A stretch of 64,000 nt of DNA from an uncultured Bacteroidales bacterium (GCA_964626855.1 CAZVKJ010000004.1:4869-68868); one strand, 5' to 3'. Shown: positions 37,907 to 47,881, counted from the stretch's first letter. The notes: generated from the sequence alone by a model not told the origin. Made by a program: numbers and translations.

Positions 37907-40060
37907 TTATTGCAGTGGTGCTACTATTTCAATCAGTTCAGGAAGGTCCATTTCTATGGATTTCAGTCTTTCGATGGTAGGAACACCGCCGGGTGTCCAT
38001 CCGCGGCGTTTGTACACGGCATCAAGCAGTTTTTCATATTGTTCTTCACGATATTTACGCGTGATGGCAACTTTTTCTTCTGTTGACTTTCCTTCCGGAT
38101 CGATACCGATCTTTTCCTTCATTTGTTTGTCGTAGCGTTCCTGGCGTGATTCATATTCTTCAACGGTTACAGGGCCGGCTGCACGGTATGGCTGAGCATC
38201 GTGTTTACGAAGGCCTTTACCACAGCGAATATTGAATATCCGCTGGAACTGGTATACACGTTCTGATTGAACAATAAGGGATTTTTTATCTAGTTCGAGG
38301 CCGGTAACGGCTTTGTAAATGGTAACATAATTGTCGACGTGTTCGGGAACTTTGCCCGGTTCGTCCTGTAAATGGTTGTCGGCAGGTTCCACATCGTTCC
38401 ATGGGAGCTTACATAAGCCCTGCAGTCCAAACCAGGTACGGAACATCGGGAAATAATATAATGCTTCAGCTTTATTCTCGAATGTGGGAATCTGGTTGTT
38501 TACCATATCCATGAAGATCAGCCATGCTTCATCATGCTGGGGGCCTTTGTTGGTCATGGCATAACCGCCCTGTTGAGCGAGTGATTCCTTAGATACGTAT
38601 TGTGAATATTCAAGGCCTTTGTTTTCCATTCCGATATCCTGCAGGAATTGCGGGTCGCCCCAGCCTTTTTCAGCGAACAATTCTTTCATTTTGTGTACGC
38701 CTTGCCCGGCAATAACTCCGAAGCCTTCGCCGCGTGAAAGCTGGTGGAGTAGTTCCATTGCGCCGTCCTCATTACCAAAGTTGAGTTTTAATCCACCAGT
38801 GCGTTCTTCATTGATAATCCCGTTTTCGTAACATTCCATTACGAATCCGAGTATGGTTCCCCAGGTGATGGTGCATATTCCGTAAGTATCGCAGTAAAAG
38901 TTGGCTTCAATGGTAAAGTCCGGGTTGAAAATTCCGGCGCAGGAACCTAAGGAAGCAGCTGTTTCATACTCAGGCCCGTCAACAATAACTTTCTGTCCTT
39001 TATACGGCCCGGTGCGGAGTTCGTAATTATCAACACCTTTGGCGCATGACATATTGCATCCAATCCAGCAGCCGTCGGGCATGTTTTGGGTGAAACGTTC
39101 CTTGTAGCGTTCTGCATGAACTTTTATAGCGTCGGGATGGCTGCCGAATTTAAAATTGTGTGTCGGGAACAGGTCATAATCATTCATGATATGGGTAAGG
39201 TGTGCGGTGCCAATTTTACGCATCTGGCACTGTGAATCGTCAAGTTCGCGCATTTCCTTGTTAAAACGTTTTCCGCGTTCCATGATGGGTTCCATGTCAA
39301 CAACGTTGTTGAGGTTGCCTTTTACTCCCGGAACCTTGGCTACGACGGCTTTTATCTTTTTGTCGCGGAGTACGGTCCCAAGTCCGCCTCTGCCGGCCTG
39401 TTTCAGACGGACAACTTTACGTTTCATATCAAAAAATGTAAAGTTCAGGCATCCAATAAGTGAATGATCGGCAGCCGTACCGGCAGAAACAACAGACACA
39501 TTCATTTTATCTTTTTCGTCATTGGCAAATATTTCATGTAATTCTTCACCAATAACATGGCTGTCGATAGGAAGGTCTCCGGCATCAAATATTTCAACTT
39601 TTCCATTAACGCCATCAATATAGATGATGACCTCCTTGTCGGATTTTCCCTGAATTTCCATCGAGTCAAATCCGGAAAATTTCATAAATGGCCCGAAATA
39701 CCCGCCAACATTACTGTCGATCGGAATATGCGTTTGTGGCGATAAGGCGACAACCAATGATTTTCCGGTGCCGGAATATTGTGTAATACCGCATATAGGG
39801 CCGGTACTAATCACAATCTCATTTTCAGGGTCATTCCATTTTGTTTCAGGTTTGGTTGCTTCCCACAAAAGTTTCAGGCCAAAACCCTTACCACCGACAA
39901 ACTTATCCTTCATCAGCTGTGTGACGGGCTTCTCCTTAATTTCATGATTGCCAACATTCACGTACAGTGTACGCATATTGTAACCCTTTTCAATAGGTTT
40001 CAGTGTGTATTGCCATTCCTTCAGAAGGCTGTGCTTACTTCTAAATTCCTGTAGATTCAT
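37907..40060 (-). CDS. aldehyde:ferredoxin oxidoreductase family (tungsto/molybdopterin) protein
   Basis: 717-aa ORF. AOR N-domain start (RTLYVNVGNHEIKEKPV...GGKGFGLKLLW), pterin-binding DGPEYETAASLGS, and Cys cluster DGCWIGCNMSC. Confidence 0.8.
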   Translation of the reverse strand: MNLQEFRSKHSLLKEWQYTLKPIEKGYNMRTLYVNVGNHEIKEKPVTQLMKDKFVGGKGFGLKLLWEATKPETKWNDPENEIVISTGPICGITQYSGTGKSLVVALSPQTHIPIDSNVGGYFGPFMKFSGFDSMEIQGKSDKEVIIYIDGVNGKVEIFDAGDLPIDSHVIGEELHEIFANDEKDKMNVSVVSAGTAADHSLIGCLNFTFFDMKRKVVRLKQAGRGGLGTVLRDKKIKAVVAKVPGVKGNLNNVVDMEPIMERGKRFNKEMRELDDSQCQMRKIGTAHLTHIMNDYDLFPTHNFKFGSHPDAIKVHAERYKERFTQNMPDGCWIGCNMSCAKGVDNYELRTGPYKGQKVIVDGPEYETAASLGSCAGIFNPDFTIEANFYCDTYGICTITWGTILGFVMECYENGIINEERTGGLKLNFGNEDGAMELLHQLSRGEGFGVIAGQGVHKMKELFAEKGWGDPQFLQDIGMENKGLEYSQYVSKESLAQQGGYAMTNKGPQHDEAWLIFMDMVNNQIPTFENKAEALYYFPMFRTWFGLQGLCKLPWNDVEPADNHLQDEPGKVPEHVDNYVTIYKAVTGLELDKKSLIVQSERVYQFQRIFNIRCGKGLRKHDAQPYRAAGPVTVEEYESRQERYDKQMKEKIGIDPEGKSTEEKVAITRKYREEQYEKLLDAVYKRRGWTPGGVPTIERLKSIEMDLPELIEIVAPLQ

Positions 40061-40090
40061 ATTATTCTTTTTATAAAAATTTCTTTGTTA

Positions 40091-40098
40091 CAAAAGTA
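40091..40098 (-). promoter_or_regulatory. candidate -7 promoter box (TACTTTTG) for the AOR gene
   Basis: Matches TAnnTTTG on the minus strand, 31 nt upstream of the start at 40060. Confidence 0.4.
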
Positions 40099-40208
40099 AT
40101 AATATTATCGGATTTTATTCTGAAAGTATTAAAAATATTGATATGCAGACATGTGCATAACGATTATCTTTATGGCTTTTCAGGGAAAAAGAGGCGTCAA
40201 ATTATTGA

Positions 40209-42134
40209 CTATGTATTCATGAAAAGCAAAAACTCTTCGTTGGTCTGGGTGAATTTCATTTTATCTTTGAGAAATTCCATAGCTTCCACGGGATTCATGT
40301 CGGCCAGGTGGTTTCGCAGAACCCAGATACGTTGCAGCGCTTCTTTTTCATGAAGCAGGTCGTCGCGGCGTGTGCTGGATGCTACAATATCGATAGACGG
40401 GAAAATACGTTTATTGGAAAGTTTTCGTTCGAGCTGGAGCTCCATATTGCCGGTTCCTTTAAATTCTTCGAAAATTACTTCGTCCATTTTGGAGCCGGTT
40501 TCGGTAAGCGCTGTTGCAATGATGGTAAGGGAGCCTCCGTTTTCGATCTGTCGTGCAGCGCCGAAAAACTTCTTTGGTTTTTGCAGTGCTGAGGCTTCAA
40601 CACCTCCGGATAAAACTTTTCCGGATGCCGGTGCCACGGTGTTGTATGCACGAGCCAGGCGTGTGATGGAATCGAGTAATATCATAACATCATGTCCGCA
40701 TTCAACAAGGCGTTTTGCTTTTTCAAGAACAATATTGGCGATTTTTACATGCCTGTCGGCGGGTTCATCAAAGGTAGATGCAATAACTTCAGCGTTGACA
40801 CTGCGCTGCATATCGGTTACTTCTTCCGGGCGTTCATCAACAAGCAGAATGATCAGATAAACTTCCGGATGATTATAAGCAACGGCATTTGCAATTTCCT
40901 TCAGGATCATGGTTTTACCTGTTTTAGGTTGAGCGACGATGAGGCCGCGCTGGCCTTTACCTATAGGCGTAAAAAGGTCAATGATGCGGGAGGTGATGGT
41001 CATTTGCGGATGACCTGTAAGTTTTAGTTTCTTTTCTGGGAATAGCGGTGTGAGATGGTCAAAGTTCACGCGGTCACGCACCTGCTCAGAGCTAAGGCCA
41101 TTGATATGTTCCACTTTGATAAGCGGAAAATACTTTTCGCCTTCTTTAGGCGGACGAATTTTGCCCCTGACAGTATCGCCGGTTTTTAGTCCGAACAGCT
41201 TGATCTGCGATTGTGAAACATATATATCATCTGGTGAATTCAGGTAATTATAATCTGATGAGCGCAGGAAGCCATAACCGTCGGGCATAATTTCGAGTAC
41301 GCCCTCACAGGATACAATGCCTTCGAAGTCGAAGGAATATTCCGGTTGTTTTTCCCGCTGCGGGCGGTTTTTAAATTGGTTATCCCGCTGATAACGTTCC
41401 TGGTCCATAGGTTTGGACTCTTCAGTGGCTGTTGCCTCATCTTTAACGACGTTTTCCGGTACTGATTTATTCTCTGTATCTGCAGGAGTTTCAGGAGTGT
41501 TTTCTTTTTCCGCGGCAACGGCTTCCTGTTTTTCATCATAAGGATGCTGCGGAATCCGGGCAACGGGTTCTTCGTCATCAAAGGAAGGTAGCAGAAAATC
41601 GAATTTTTTTGCTTCTTCCTGAAAGAGTTCTTTTTTGTAGACCTTGTCTGGATGTGATTCCGGCTTTTCCGTCTGGGGTTCCTGTACTTTTTGTTCTTCG
41701 GTTTTAAAAAGAATTTTAGGTTGTTGTTCCCGGATTTTATGTTCTCTTTTATGTTCCTGTTGTTCAGGTTTTTCTTTTGAAGCGGGTTTGTCGAATCCTT
41801 TATTTTTGGGGAAATTGTTTTGGTCTTTTTGTTTTTTTTCAAAAACCTTTACCGGTTCAGCCGGTTTAGGTTGCTCGCCAGTAGCTTGTTGTTGTTTCAT
41901 TTCCGGGTTTTCAATGCGAGTACGCCTTTGGGCGATCTTTCTCCGGTTTTTTCCGTTTTCTTCATGGCTTTTTTCTACCGGCTTGTTTATATCTGGTTTA
42001 ATAGCCTGGATGTCAAGAATTTTGTGTATGAGGTCCTTTTTGCGCAGGTCTTCGTAATCGGGAACATTAAGTTTTTCGGCAATTTCCTGCAATTCAGGAA
42101 TAGTCATACCATTCAGGTCAATAATATTATACAT
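40209..42134 (-). CDS. rho: transcription termination factor Rho with long low-complexity N-terminal insertion
   Basis: 641 aa. N-terminal helix bundle ([31 protein letters not shown]). A ~220-aa K/E/P/Q-rich insertion at aa ~45-268. CSD-like RNA-binding region ([14 protein letters not shown]). Walker [17 protein letters not shown]-terminal RIFPSIDI. Confidence 0.92.
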   Translation of the reverse strand: MYNIIDLNGMTIPELQEIAEKLNVPDYEDLRKKDLIHKILDIQAIKPDINKPVEKSHEENGKNRRKIAQRRTRIENPEMKQQQATGEQPKPAEPVKVFEKKQKDQNNFPKNKGFDKPASKEKPEQQEHKREHKIREQQPKILFKTEEQKVQEPQTEKPESHPDKVYKKELFQEEAKKFDFLLPSFDDEEPVARIPQHPYDEKQEAVAAEKENTPETPADTENKSVPENVVKDEATATEESKPMDQERYQRDNQFKNRPQREKQPEYSFDFEGIVSCEGVLEIMPDGYGFLRSSDYNYLNSPDDIYVSQSQIKLFGLKTGDTVRGKIRPPKEGEKYFPLIKVEHINGLSSEQVRDRVNFDHLTPLFPEKKLKLTGHPQMTITSRIIDLFTPIGKGQRGLIVAQPKTGKTMILKEIANAVAYNHPEVYLIILLVDERPEEVTDMQRSVNAEVIASTFDEPADRHVKIANIVLEKAKRLVECGHDVMILLDSITRLARAYNTVAPASGKVLSGGVEASALQKPKKFFGAARQIENGGSLTIIATALTETGSKMDEVIFEEFKGTGNMELQLERKLSNKRIFPSIDIVASSTRRDDLLHEKEALQRIWVLRNHLADMNPVEAMEFLKDKMKFTQTNEEFLLFMNT

Positions 42135-42257
42135 AGAATGTAATTTAGTTAAAATGCTTGGTTTTTCAAAAGATCAAAAATGAAAATTAGGGTTATCCGG
42201 ATGTTTCAGTTAACGGTTGTTAGTGAAACGGAATATTTCATAAGGGAAAATTCGCTG

Positions 42258-42265
42258 CAAATATA
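42258..42265 (-). promoter_or_regulatory. candidate -7 promoter box (TATATTTG) for rho
   Basis: Matches TAnnTTTG on the minus strand, ~124 nt upstream of the rho start. This implies a long leader. Confidence 0.3.
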
Positions 42266-42296
42266 CATTTTTTAATTTAGCAAGCAAAAAGAAAAA

Positions 42297-43526
42297 TTAT
42301 TTATTCACCATTTTTACATCGAGGGCATCTCTCAGCCCGTTGCCCATCAGCATGAATGCAAGCACGGTGAGCATAATGGCTATACCGGGCGCTATGGCAA
42401 GGTATGCTGAATCCAGAATGATATACCCGTAATGTTCTTTGATCATCGTACCCCACGATGGCATGGGCGGCTGAACGCCGATACCCAGAAAACTTAATCC
42501 GGCTTCTATCAGGATGGCAGAGGCAAAGTTGGCCGCTGAAATAACAATGACAGGCGCAAGGACATTGGGCAAAATATGTTTAAAGATGATACGCGTATTG
42601 GAAAACCCAAGAGCGACGCCGGCTTCAACAAATTCTTTTTCGCGAATGCTCAGAAACTGTCCGCGTACAACACGGGCAACTTCAACCCACATGGTAAGCC
42701 CTACGGCAATAAATACCTGCCAGAATCCTTTGCCCAGCACAAATGTTATGGCAATAACAAGTAATAATGTGGGTATCGACCACACCACATTGATGAACCA
42801 CATGATCAGGTTGTCGACCCAGCCTTTGAAATACCCGGCCATAGCTCCAAGAAATATCCCGATGACCAGCGAAATAAAAACAGAAATAAAGCCCACCGAT
42901 AAACTGACACGTGTGCCGATCATGATCTGGCTGAGTACATCGCGCCCAAAACGGTCAGTGCCAAGTAAAAACCTTTTTGTAATGATATTTTCAGTTTCAA
43001 TTCTTTTTTGCATGGCGGTTACATCTTCAGAAAAATCTTTGCCGCTGATATCTTTAAACAATAAAGTATTGCCGCTTTTTGTGATTTCATTTACATCGGG
43101 TGAGAGGGCGTATATCACATCAGCCAGGTTGAATGACCTGATTTCTCCATTATTTGGCTTCATCCCCGTATACTCTTCCACAAATATCTTATCATCCTGA
43201 AAATAATACTTGTCAATAGGGATGTACAGGTAGTTATCCCTGGCGCCAAAGAACATTTTACTGAAAAAGCCTTTATGATCATAAGGATCATTTTTACATA
43301 CTTTCAGCATCTTTACTTTAAACCCCGGTTTTTTTGTGGTCAGTTCCAGAAATTGCTGATTGGCGTATGGTGTTGAATCAGGGGTTATGGTATAGCCAAG
43401 GATGGCTACGAGGGCAAGGAATAATACAAAAGCCACCGATATTATGGCCATGCGGTCTTTGAAAAGCTTCCGCAAGGCGAGTTTTGACAAGGAACCTGAA
43501 GCTGAATATTGCTTCTTTTTAAACAT
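42297..43526 (-). CDS. ABC transporter permease (DppC/OppC-type, extended N-terminus)
   Basis: 409-aa ORF. EAA-loop region EAGVALGFSNTRIIFKHILPN and multiple TM segments. No partner ABC genes are adjacent. Confidence 0.8.
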   Translation of the reverse strand: MFKKKQYSASGSLSKLALRKLFKDRMAIISVAFVLFLALVAILGYTITPDSTPYANQQFLELTTKKPGFKVKMLKVCKNDPYDHKGFFSKMFFGARDNYLYIPIDKYYFQDDKIFVEEYTGMKPNNGEIRSFNLADVIYALSPDVNEITKSGNTLLFKDISGKDFSEDVTAMQKRIETENIITKRFLLGTDRFGRDVLSQIMIGTRVSLSVGFISVFISLVIGIFLGAMAGYFKGWVDNLIMWFINVVWSIPTLLLVIAITFVLGKGFWQVFIAVGLTMWVEVARVVRGQFLSIREKEFVEAGVALGFSNTRIIFKHILPNVLAPVIVISAANFASAILIEAGLSFLGIGVQPPMPSWGTMIKEHYGYIILDSAYLAIAPGIAIMLTVLAFMLMGNGLRDALDVKMVNK

Positions 43527-43617
43527 AGGGGTGGTCTTATAACCGCAAAAATATCATTATCTTTTCAATAAATTTTATTTGACATACCTATTTATTATTT
43601 TTACAAAAAAAATTGAT

Positions 43618-44412
43618 ATGGAAGCATTTTGTCATTATAAGCATTTTAATATTCATTATAAACATCAGGGTACAGGCCATACCGTTGTGCTTATACATGG
43701 GTTTACCGAGTCGCTGAACATCTGGAATGAATTTTCTGAGCGGCTGTCTGAATTTTATCATGTGGTTACCGTTGATCTGCCGGGCCACGGGTTAAGCGAA
43801 TGTGTGGCAAATGTCCATACGATGGAGATAATGGCCGATTGTATAAAAACCGTTCTGGCTGAACTCGGAATAAAGGAATGCGTGATTATCGGGCATTCCA
43901 TGGGTGGCTATGTCACCCTGGCCTTTGCAGAGGAAAATCCTGCCATGGTTAGGGGCCTGGGGCTTTTTCATTCCAATGCATTTCCCGATAGCGCTGAAAC
44001 AATTAAAAACCGCATGCGCACCAATAACATTATTAAAAACAACCATTTTAATTTCCTGAGTGAATTTATCCCGTCCCTGTTTGCACCGGCAAACCAAATG
44101 AAATTCGTTTCAGAAATTAATGCGATGGTCAATGAATCAAAAAGAATGTCTGCCGATGCTGTGATTGCTGCAAATTCCGGAATGGCTGAACGTCCTGACA
44201 GGACGCATGTCTTAAAGAATGCTTCTTGCCCGGTTTTATTTATTGCAGGTAAACTTGATACGCGTATACCTTTTGATAAGGTGGTGGAACAGATAGGTAT
44301 GCCCAACGATAGTGTGGCCCTGTTGCTTGGCGATATTGCCCACATGGGTTATCTCGAAGCAAAGGAAAAAACTTATTATGCTGTGAAAACCTTTATTGAC
44401 GGATGTTTTTGA
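43618..44412 (+). CDS. alpha/beta hydrolase
   Basis: Start moved to ATG 43618 (MEAF...). HGFTES motif, nucleophile elbow GHSMGG, and a C-terminal GDIAHMG histidine region. Confidence 0.75.
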   Translation: MEAFCHYKHFNIHYKHQGTGHTVVLIHGFTESLNIWNEFSERLSEFYHVVTVDLPGHGLSECVANVHTMEIMADCIKTVLAELGIKECVIIGHSMGGYVTLAFAEENPAMVRGLGLFHSNAFPDSAETIKNRMRTNNIIKNNHFNFLSEFIPSLFAPANQMKFVSEINAMVNESKRMSADAVIAANSGMAERPDRTHVLKNASCPVLFIAGKLDTRIPFDKVVEQIGMPNDSVALLLGDIAHMGYLEAKEKTYYAVKTFIDGCF

Positions 44413-44436
44413 GTGGTTCATAAAAAATAAAAGTCC

Positions 44437-45180
44437 ATGAAAGCAGTTTGTAAAATTTGGATGTTGTGCCTGGCCACAATGTTGTTTGTCCGCTGTGCCT
44501 CAAATGAGACGGCAAATTCAGACACTGTTAAGCAATCCGAGATTTATCAGAATTATTCGGTAAGTTATAATAATGCCGAAAAAGAGCTGACAGCTACAGC
44601 ATCATTCCGTTTCGGAGGGGCTAACGGAACCACCTTATTGCTGGTGAAACCCTCCGGGGTGCTCTTTGAAAACCAGGAGATGCCGAACGAAAATAATGTT
44701 TTTTCAGGAACTTATTATGAAATGAATATCCAGACCGACCTGAAAGCCGGTTATACATTTGTATACACTGATGGTGACGGTAAAACCTATACCAACCATG
44801 CTGTTGTTATTCCTGCCGAAATAAAAAATTGCCCGTTGCAGATAGATAAAAACAAAGGCTTTTCAGTAGAATGGGATTATCCCTTGCAAAATGGCGAGAC
44901 CATAAACTTATATATCGAAGATAAATCAAACAATTCATCATTTGTTTTTAATAATGTGGTAGGGTCAAAAAGCATGAAAATGAATACAGATGAATTGAAA
45001 AATATTACGCCTGGCGAGGTAGATATATACTTAGTGAGGTCGAATGCTTCAGCACTTGCTAATGCAACGCATCTGGGAGGCAAGATGACGGCAAGCTATA
45101 CCTCGCGAAAGATTGAGGTGAAACTTGTTGGACAAGAGCCAAAGAATGATGAAGAAGATACTTTAGGTAATAATAAATAG
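44437..45180 (+). CDS. hypothetical lipoprotein
   Basis: 247-aa ORF with a lipobox-like signal, MLCLATMLFVRCAS. Confidence 0.5.
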   Translation: MKAVCKIWMLCLATMLFVRCASNETANSDTVKQSEIYQNYSVSYNNAEKELTATASFRFGGANGTTLLLVKPSGVLFENQEMPNENNVFSGTYYEMNIQTDLKAGYTFVYTDGDGKTYTNHAVVIPAEIKNCPLQIDKNKGFSVEWDYPLQNGETINLYIEDKSNNSSFVFNNVVGSKSMKMNTDELKNITPGEVDIYLVRSNASALANATHLGGKMTASYTSRKIEVKLVGQEPKNDEEDTLGNNK

Positions 45181-45196
45181 TGTTTGCACGGATTAT

Positions 45197-45776
45197 GGAT
45201 AGCACACTTATTCAGGATTGAATATTATGACCCGCAAGGCGGGTCAAATGTGAATAACCCCGTACAAAGTGCGGGGTAAGAAAAACACGAATCCCACAAT
45301 CCTAAAAGGATTGAATAATAAAATAAATAAGAGTACTTACACACAAATTCGGTATCAGTGTTTAATGACAGAATATTATTTTGAAGTGTCGGAACGAATA
45401 AATTATAATTTTGGGTATTGGATAGCACACTTATTCAGGCTTGAATATAATGACCCGCAAGGCGGGTCAAATGTGAATAACCCCGTACAAAGTGCGGGGT
45501 AAGAAAAACGCGAAGTCCCCAATCCTGAAAAGGATTGAATAATAATATAAATATGAGTACTTACACACAAATTCTTTATCAGTGTTTAATGACAGAAAAT
45601 TATTTTGATGTGTCGTAACGAATAAATTATAATTTTGGGTATTGGATAGCACATTTATTTAGGATTGAATATAATGACCCGCAAAGCGGGTCAAATGTGA
45701 ATAACCCCGTACAAAGTGCGGGGTAAGAAAAACGCGAAGTCCCCAATCCTAAAAAGGATTGAATAATAATATAAAT
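45197..45776 (+). repeat. tandem ~224-bp repeats (2.6 copies) carrying REP hairpins and decoy copies of the RAYT-2 5' end
   Basis: Units start at 45197, 45420 and 45644. Each contains GACCCGCaagGCGGGTC, CCCCGTACaaaGTGCGGGG and AATCCTaaaAGGATT hairpins. Units 1 and 2 also carry (a/t)GAGTACTTACACACAAATTC..TATCAG, a copy of the first ~10 codons of RAYT-2. Confidence 0.8.
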
Positions 45777-46223
45777 ATGAGTACTTACACACAAATTCTG
45801 TATCAGTTGGTTTTTTCAACCTGGAATCATGAAAAAACGCTTGATGAAAAAGGACAGGAATCTCTATATAAGTATATTTCAGGAATTCTTAAAAATAAAA
45901 ATTGTCATCTATACCAGATAAATGGTGTAGAGAACCACATTCATATTGTAACCCATATACATCCATCAGTCCCTCTTGCAAGCCTGATTAAAGATATAAA
46001 ACTTGCCTGTTCTTCATGGAATAAAATGACCGGTAATTTTAAAAACTTCAAGGGGTGGCAAGAAGGGTACGGTGCTTTTACCTATTCAATAAAAGATAAA
46101 AACCGACTGATTAATTATGTAAAAGAACAGAAAAACCATCACAAAATTAAATCGTTCAGAGAAGAATATAAGGAGTTACTAATAGAGCACGGGGTTGAGT
46201 TTGATGAAAAATATCTTCTTTGA
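45777..46223 (+). CDS. REP-associated tyrosine transposase (RAYT-2; IS200-like Y1 HUH enzyme)
   Basis: Start moved to ATG 45777 (MSTYTQILYQLVFST). HUH motif in ENHIHIVTH and Tyr region WQEGYGAFTYS. 148 aa. Confidence 0.8.
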   Translation: MSTYTQILYQLVFSTWNHEKTLDEKGQESLYKYISGILKNKNCHLYQINGVENHIHIVTHIHPSVPLASLIKDIKLACSSWNKMTGNFKNFKGWQEGYGAFTYSIKDKNRLINYVKEQKNHHKIKSFREEYKELLIEHGVEFDEKYLL

Positions 46224-46560
46224 TGGTTCAACCCTTATCAGGGTTGGATGGTACATTGTGTTTTACCCCGCACTTTGTACGGGGTTATTCATATTCAATC
46301 CCTTCGGGATTTAACTTGATAATTCGCAAATTGGGCTAAAGCCAGGAATTTTAGTATATTATAATAGAGGCTGTATCAAAAGTCAGAATCAGTGTTTATT
46401 TTGCCATAGTGAACCTTCGTGTGTACCTTGTGTCCCTTTGTGGTTCAACCCTTATCAGGGTTGGATGGTACATTGTGCTTTACCCCGCATTCGATACGGG
46501 GTTATTCATATTCAATTCCTTAGGGATTGAACCTGATAATTCACAAATTGGGCTATTAGT
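46224..46560. repeat. two ~217-bp repeats downstream of RAYT-2 with REP hairpins inverted relative to the upstream set
   Basis: Units start at 46224 and 46441. They contain AACCCTtatcAGGGTT, TTACCCCGCACTTTGTACGGGGTTATTCA (the reverse complement of the upstream TGAATAACCCCGTACAAAGTGCGGGGTAA) and AATCCCttcGGGATT. Confidence 0.8.
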
Positions 46561-46658
46561 AACCGCATTTATTAAGGACTTCAGCCCTGAAGGGAAAATT
46601 TGAGAATGAATCAGTTTAGAAACAGTACAAGAAAATAAAATTGACACCCGGCTGTTTT

Positions 46659-47852
46659 CTAATTCTTCAGCACTTTATTCACGAGGTCTGCGGCTTCCTG
46701 CAGCTTGATGGCCGAAAAAACTTTCAGGCCCGATTTGTCGATAATCTCTTTGGCTTCTTCAGCATTCGTGCCCTGCAACCTTACAATGATAGGTACTTTG
46801 ATTTCTCCTATACTTTTATAGGCATCTACAATGCCGTTGGCAACCCTGTCGCAGCGGACAATGCCGCCAAAGATGTTCACAAGTATGGCTTTTACATTGG
46901 GGTCGCTGAGGATGATCCGGAACGCTTCCTCCACACGTTTGGCGTTGGCGGAACCGCCAACATCAAGAAAATTTGCCGGCGCACCGCCCGATAGCTTTAT
47001 GATATCCATAGTTGCCATGGCCAGGCCGGCGCCGTTCACCATGCAGCCGACATTGCCGTCAAGCTTGATAAAATTCAAACCGAACTTACCGGCTTCCACC
47101 TCCGTGGGATTTTCTTCCGAAAGATCGCGCATATTTAAAATAATGCAATGACGATACAAAGCATTGTTATCAGCAACCATCTTGGCATCGGCAGCATAAA
47201 TTTTGTTGTCGGAGGCTTTAATCACCGGGTTTATTTCAAGCAGGGAGAGGTCGCAACCGATGTACGCATCATAAAGGTTTCTGAGAAAAACCTGCATATA
47301 CTTGTAAGCATCGCCTTCCAACCCCAGATTGAATGCAATACGGCGGCATTGAAAAGGCTGTATGCCCAGTGCGGGATGTATTTCTTCCTTAAAGATCTGT
47401 TCGGGTGTTTCTTCGGCTACCTTTTCAATGTCCATGCCTCCGCGCGGCGAATACATAATAATATTCCTGCCTGTTTGCCGGTTGAGCAACATTCCAACGT
47501 AAAACTCTTTTATCGGGTCTGGCCCGGGATAATAAATATTCTGTTCAATCAGCACCTTATGCACTGTCTTACCTTCGGCTTTTGTTTGTGGCGTTACCAG
47601 CTGCATCCCTATGATCTGCGCAGCAAAATCGAATACTTCCTGGTAATTTGAGGCTATTTTTACTCCACCGCCCTTGCCTCTGCCACCGGCGTGTATCTGG
47701 GCTTTCACTGCAAATTTTTCAGAGCCGGTGTTGGCATTTACCAACTGCGCTGCATTTCTGGCCTCCTCCGGGGTGCCAGCAACTAAACCCTCGGGAACAC
47801 TGACATGGTATGTTCTAAGCAAATCTTTTGCTTGATACTCATGTAAATTCAT
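46659..47852 (-). CDS. sucC: succinate--CoA ligase (ADP-forming) beta subunit
   Basis: Start moved to [12 protein letters not shown] at 47852. A TAnnTTTG box overlaps the longer ORF-track start, which argues against it. ATP-grasp and CoA-ligase motifs run throughout ([30 protein letters not shown]). No sucD is adjacent. Confidence 0.9.
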   Translation of the reverse strand: MNLHEYQAKDLLRTYHVSVPEGLVAGTPEEARNAAQLVNANTGSEKFAVKAQIHAGGRGKGGGVKIASNYQEVFDFAAQIIGMQLVTPQTKAEGKTVHKVLIEQNIYYPGPDPIKEFYVGMLLNRQTGRNIIMYSPRGGMDIEKVAEETPEQIFKEEIHPALGIQPFQCRRIAFNLGLEGDAYKYMQVFLRNLYDAYIGCDLSLLEINPVIKASDNKIYAADAKMVADNNALYRHCIILNMRDLSEENPTEVEAGKFGLNFIKLDGNVGCMVNGAGLAMATMDIIKLSGGAPANFLDVGGSANAKRVEEAFRIILSDPNVKAILVNIFGGIVRCDRVANGIVDAYKSIGEIKVPIIVRLQGTNAEEAKEIIDKSGLKVFSAIKLQEAADLVNKVLKN

Positions 47853-47873
47853 AAAATGTGTTTTTATTGTTAC

Positions 47874-47881
47874 CAAAATTA
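47874..47881 (-). promoter_or_regulatory. candidate -7 promoter box (TAATTTTG) for sucC
   Basis: Matches TAnnTTTG on the minus strand, 22 nt upstream of ATG 47852. Confidence 0.4.

Noticed and set aside
41240-41842. A 200-aa K/N-rich ORF on the same strand as rho in another frame, plus long plus-strand ORFs at 41644-42143.
   Set aside because: They lie entirely inside the repetitive AAG/GAA/CAA-rich insertion of rho. Their low-complexity translations are frame artefacts of that codon composition.
42514-43200. A 228-aa ORF antisense to the ABC permease gene.
   Set aside because: It has no motifs, and the opposite strand has a clear DppC/OppC-type EAA loop and TM pattern. It is an antisense shadow ORF.
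46641-47651. ORFs of 106-167 aa antisense to sucC.
   Set aside because: sucC on the opposite strand is unambiguous. These are shadow ORFs.
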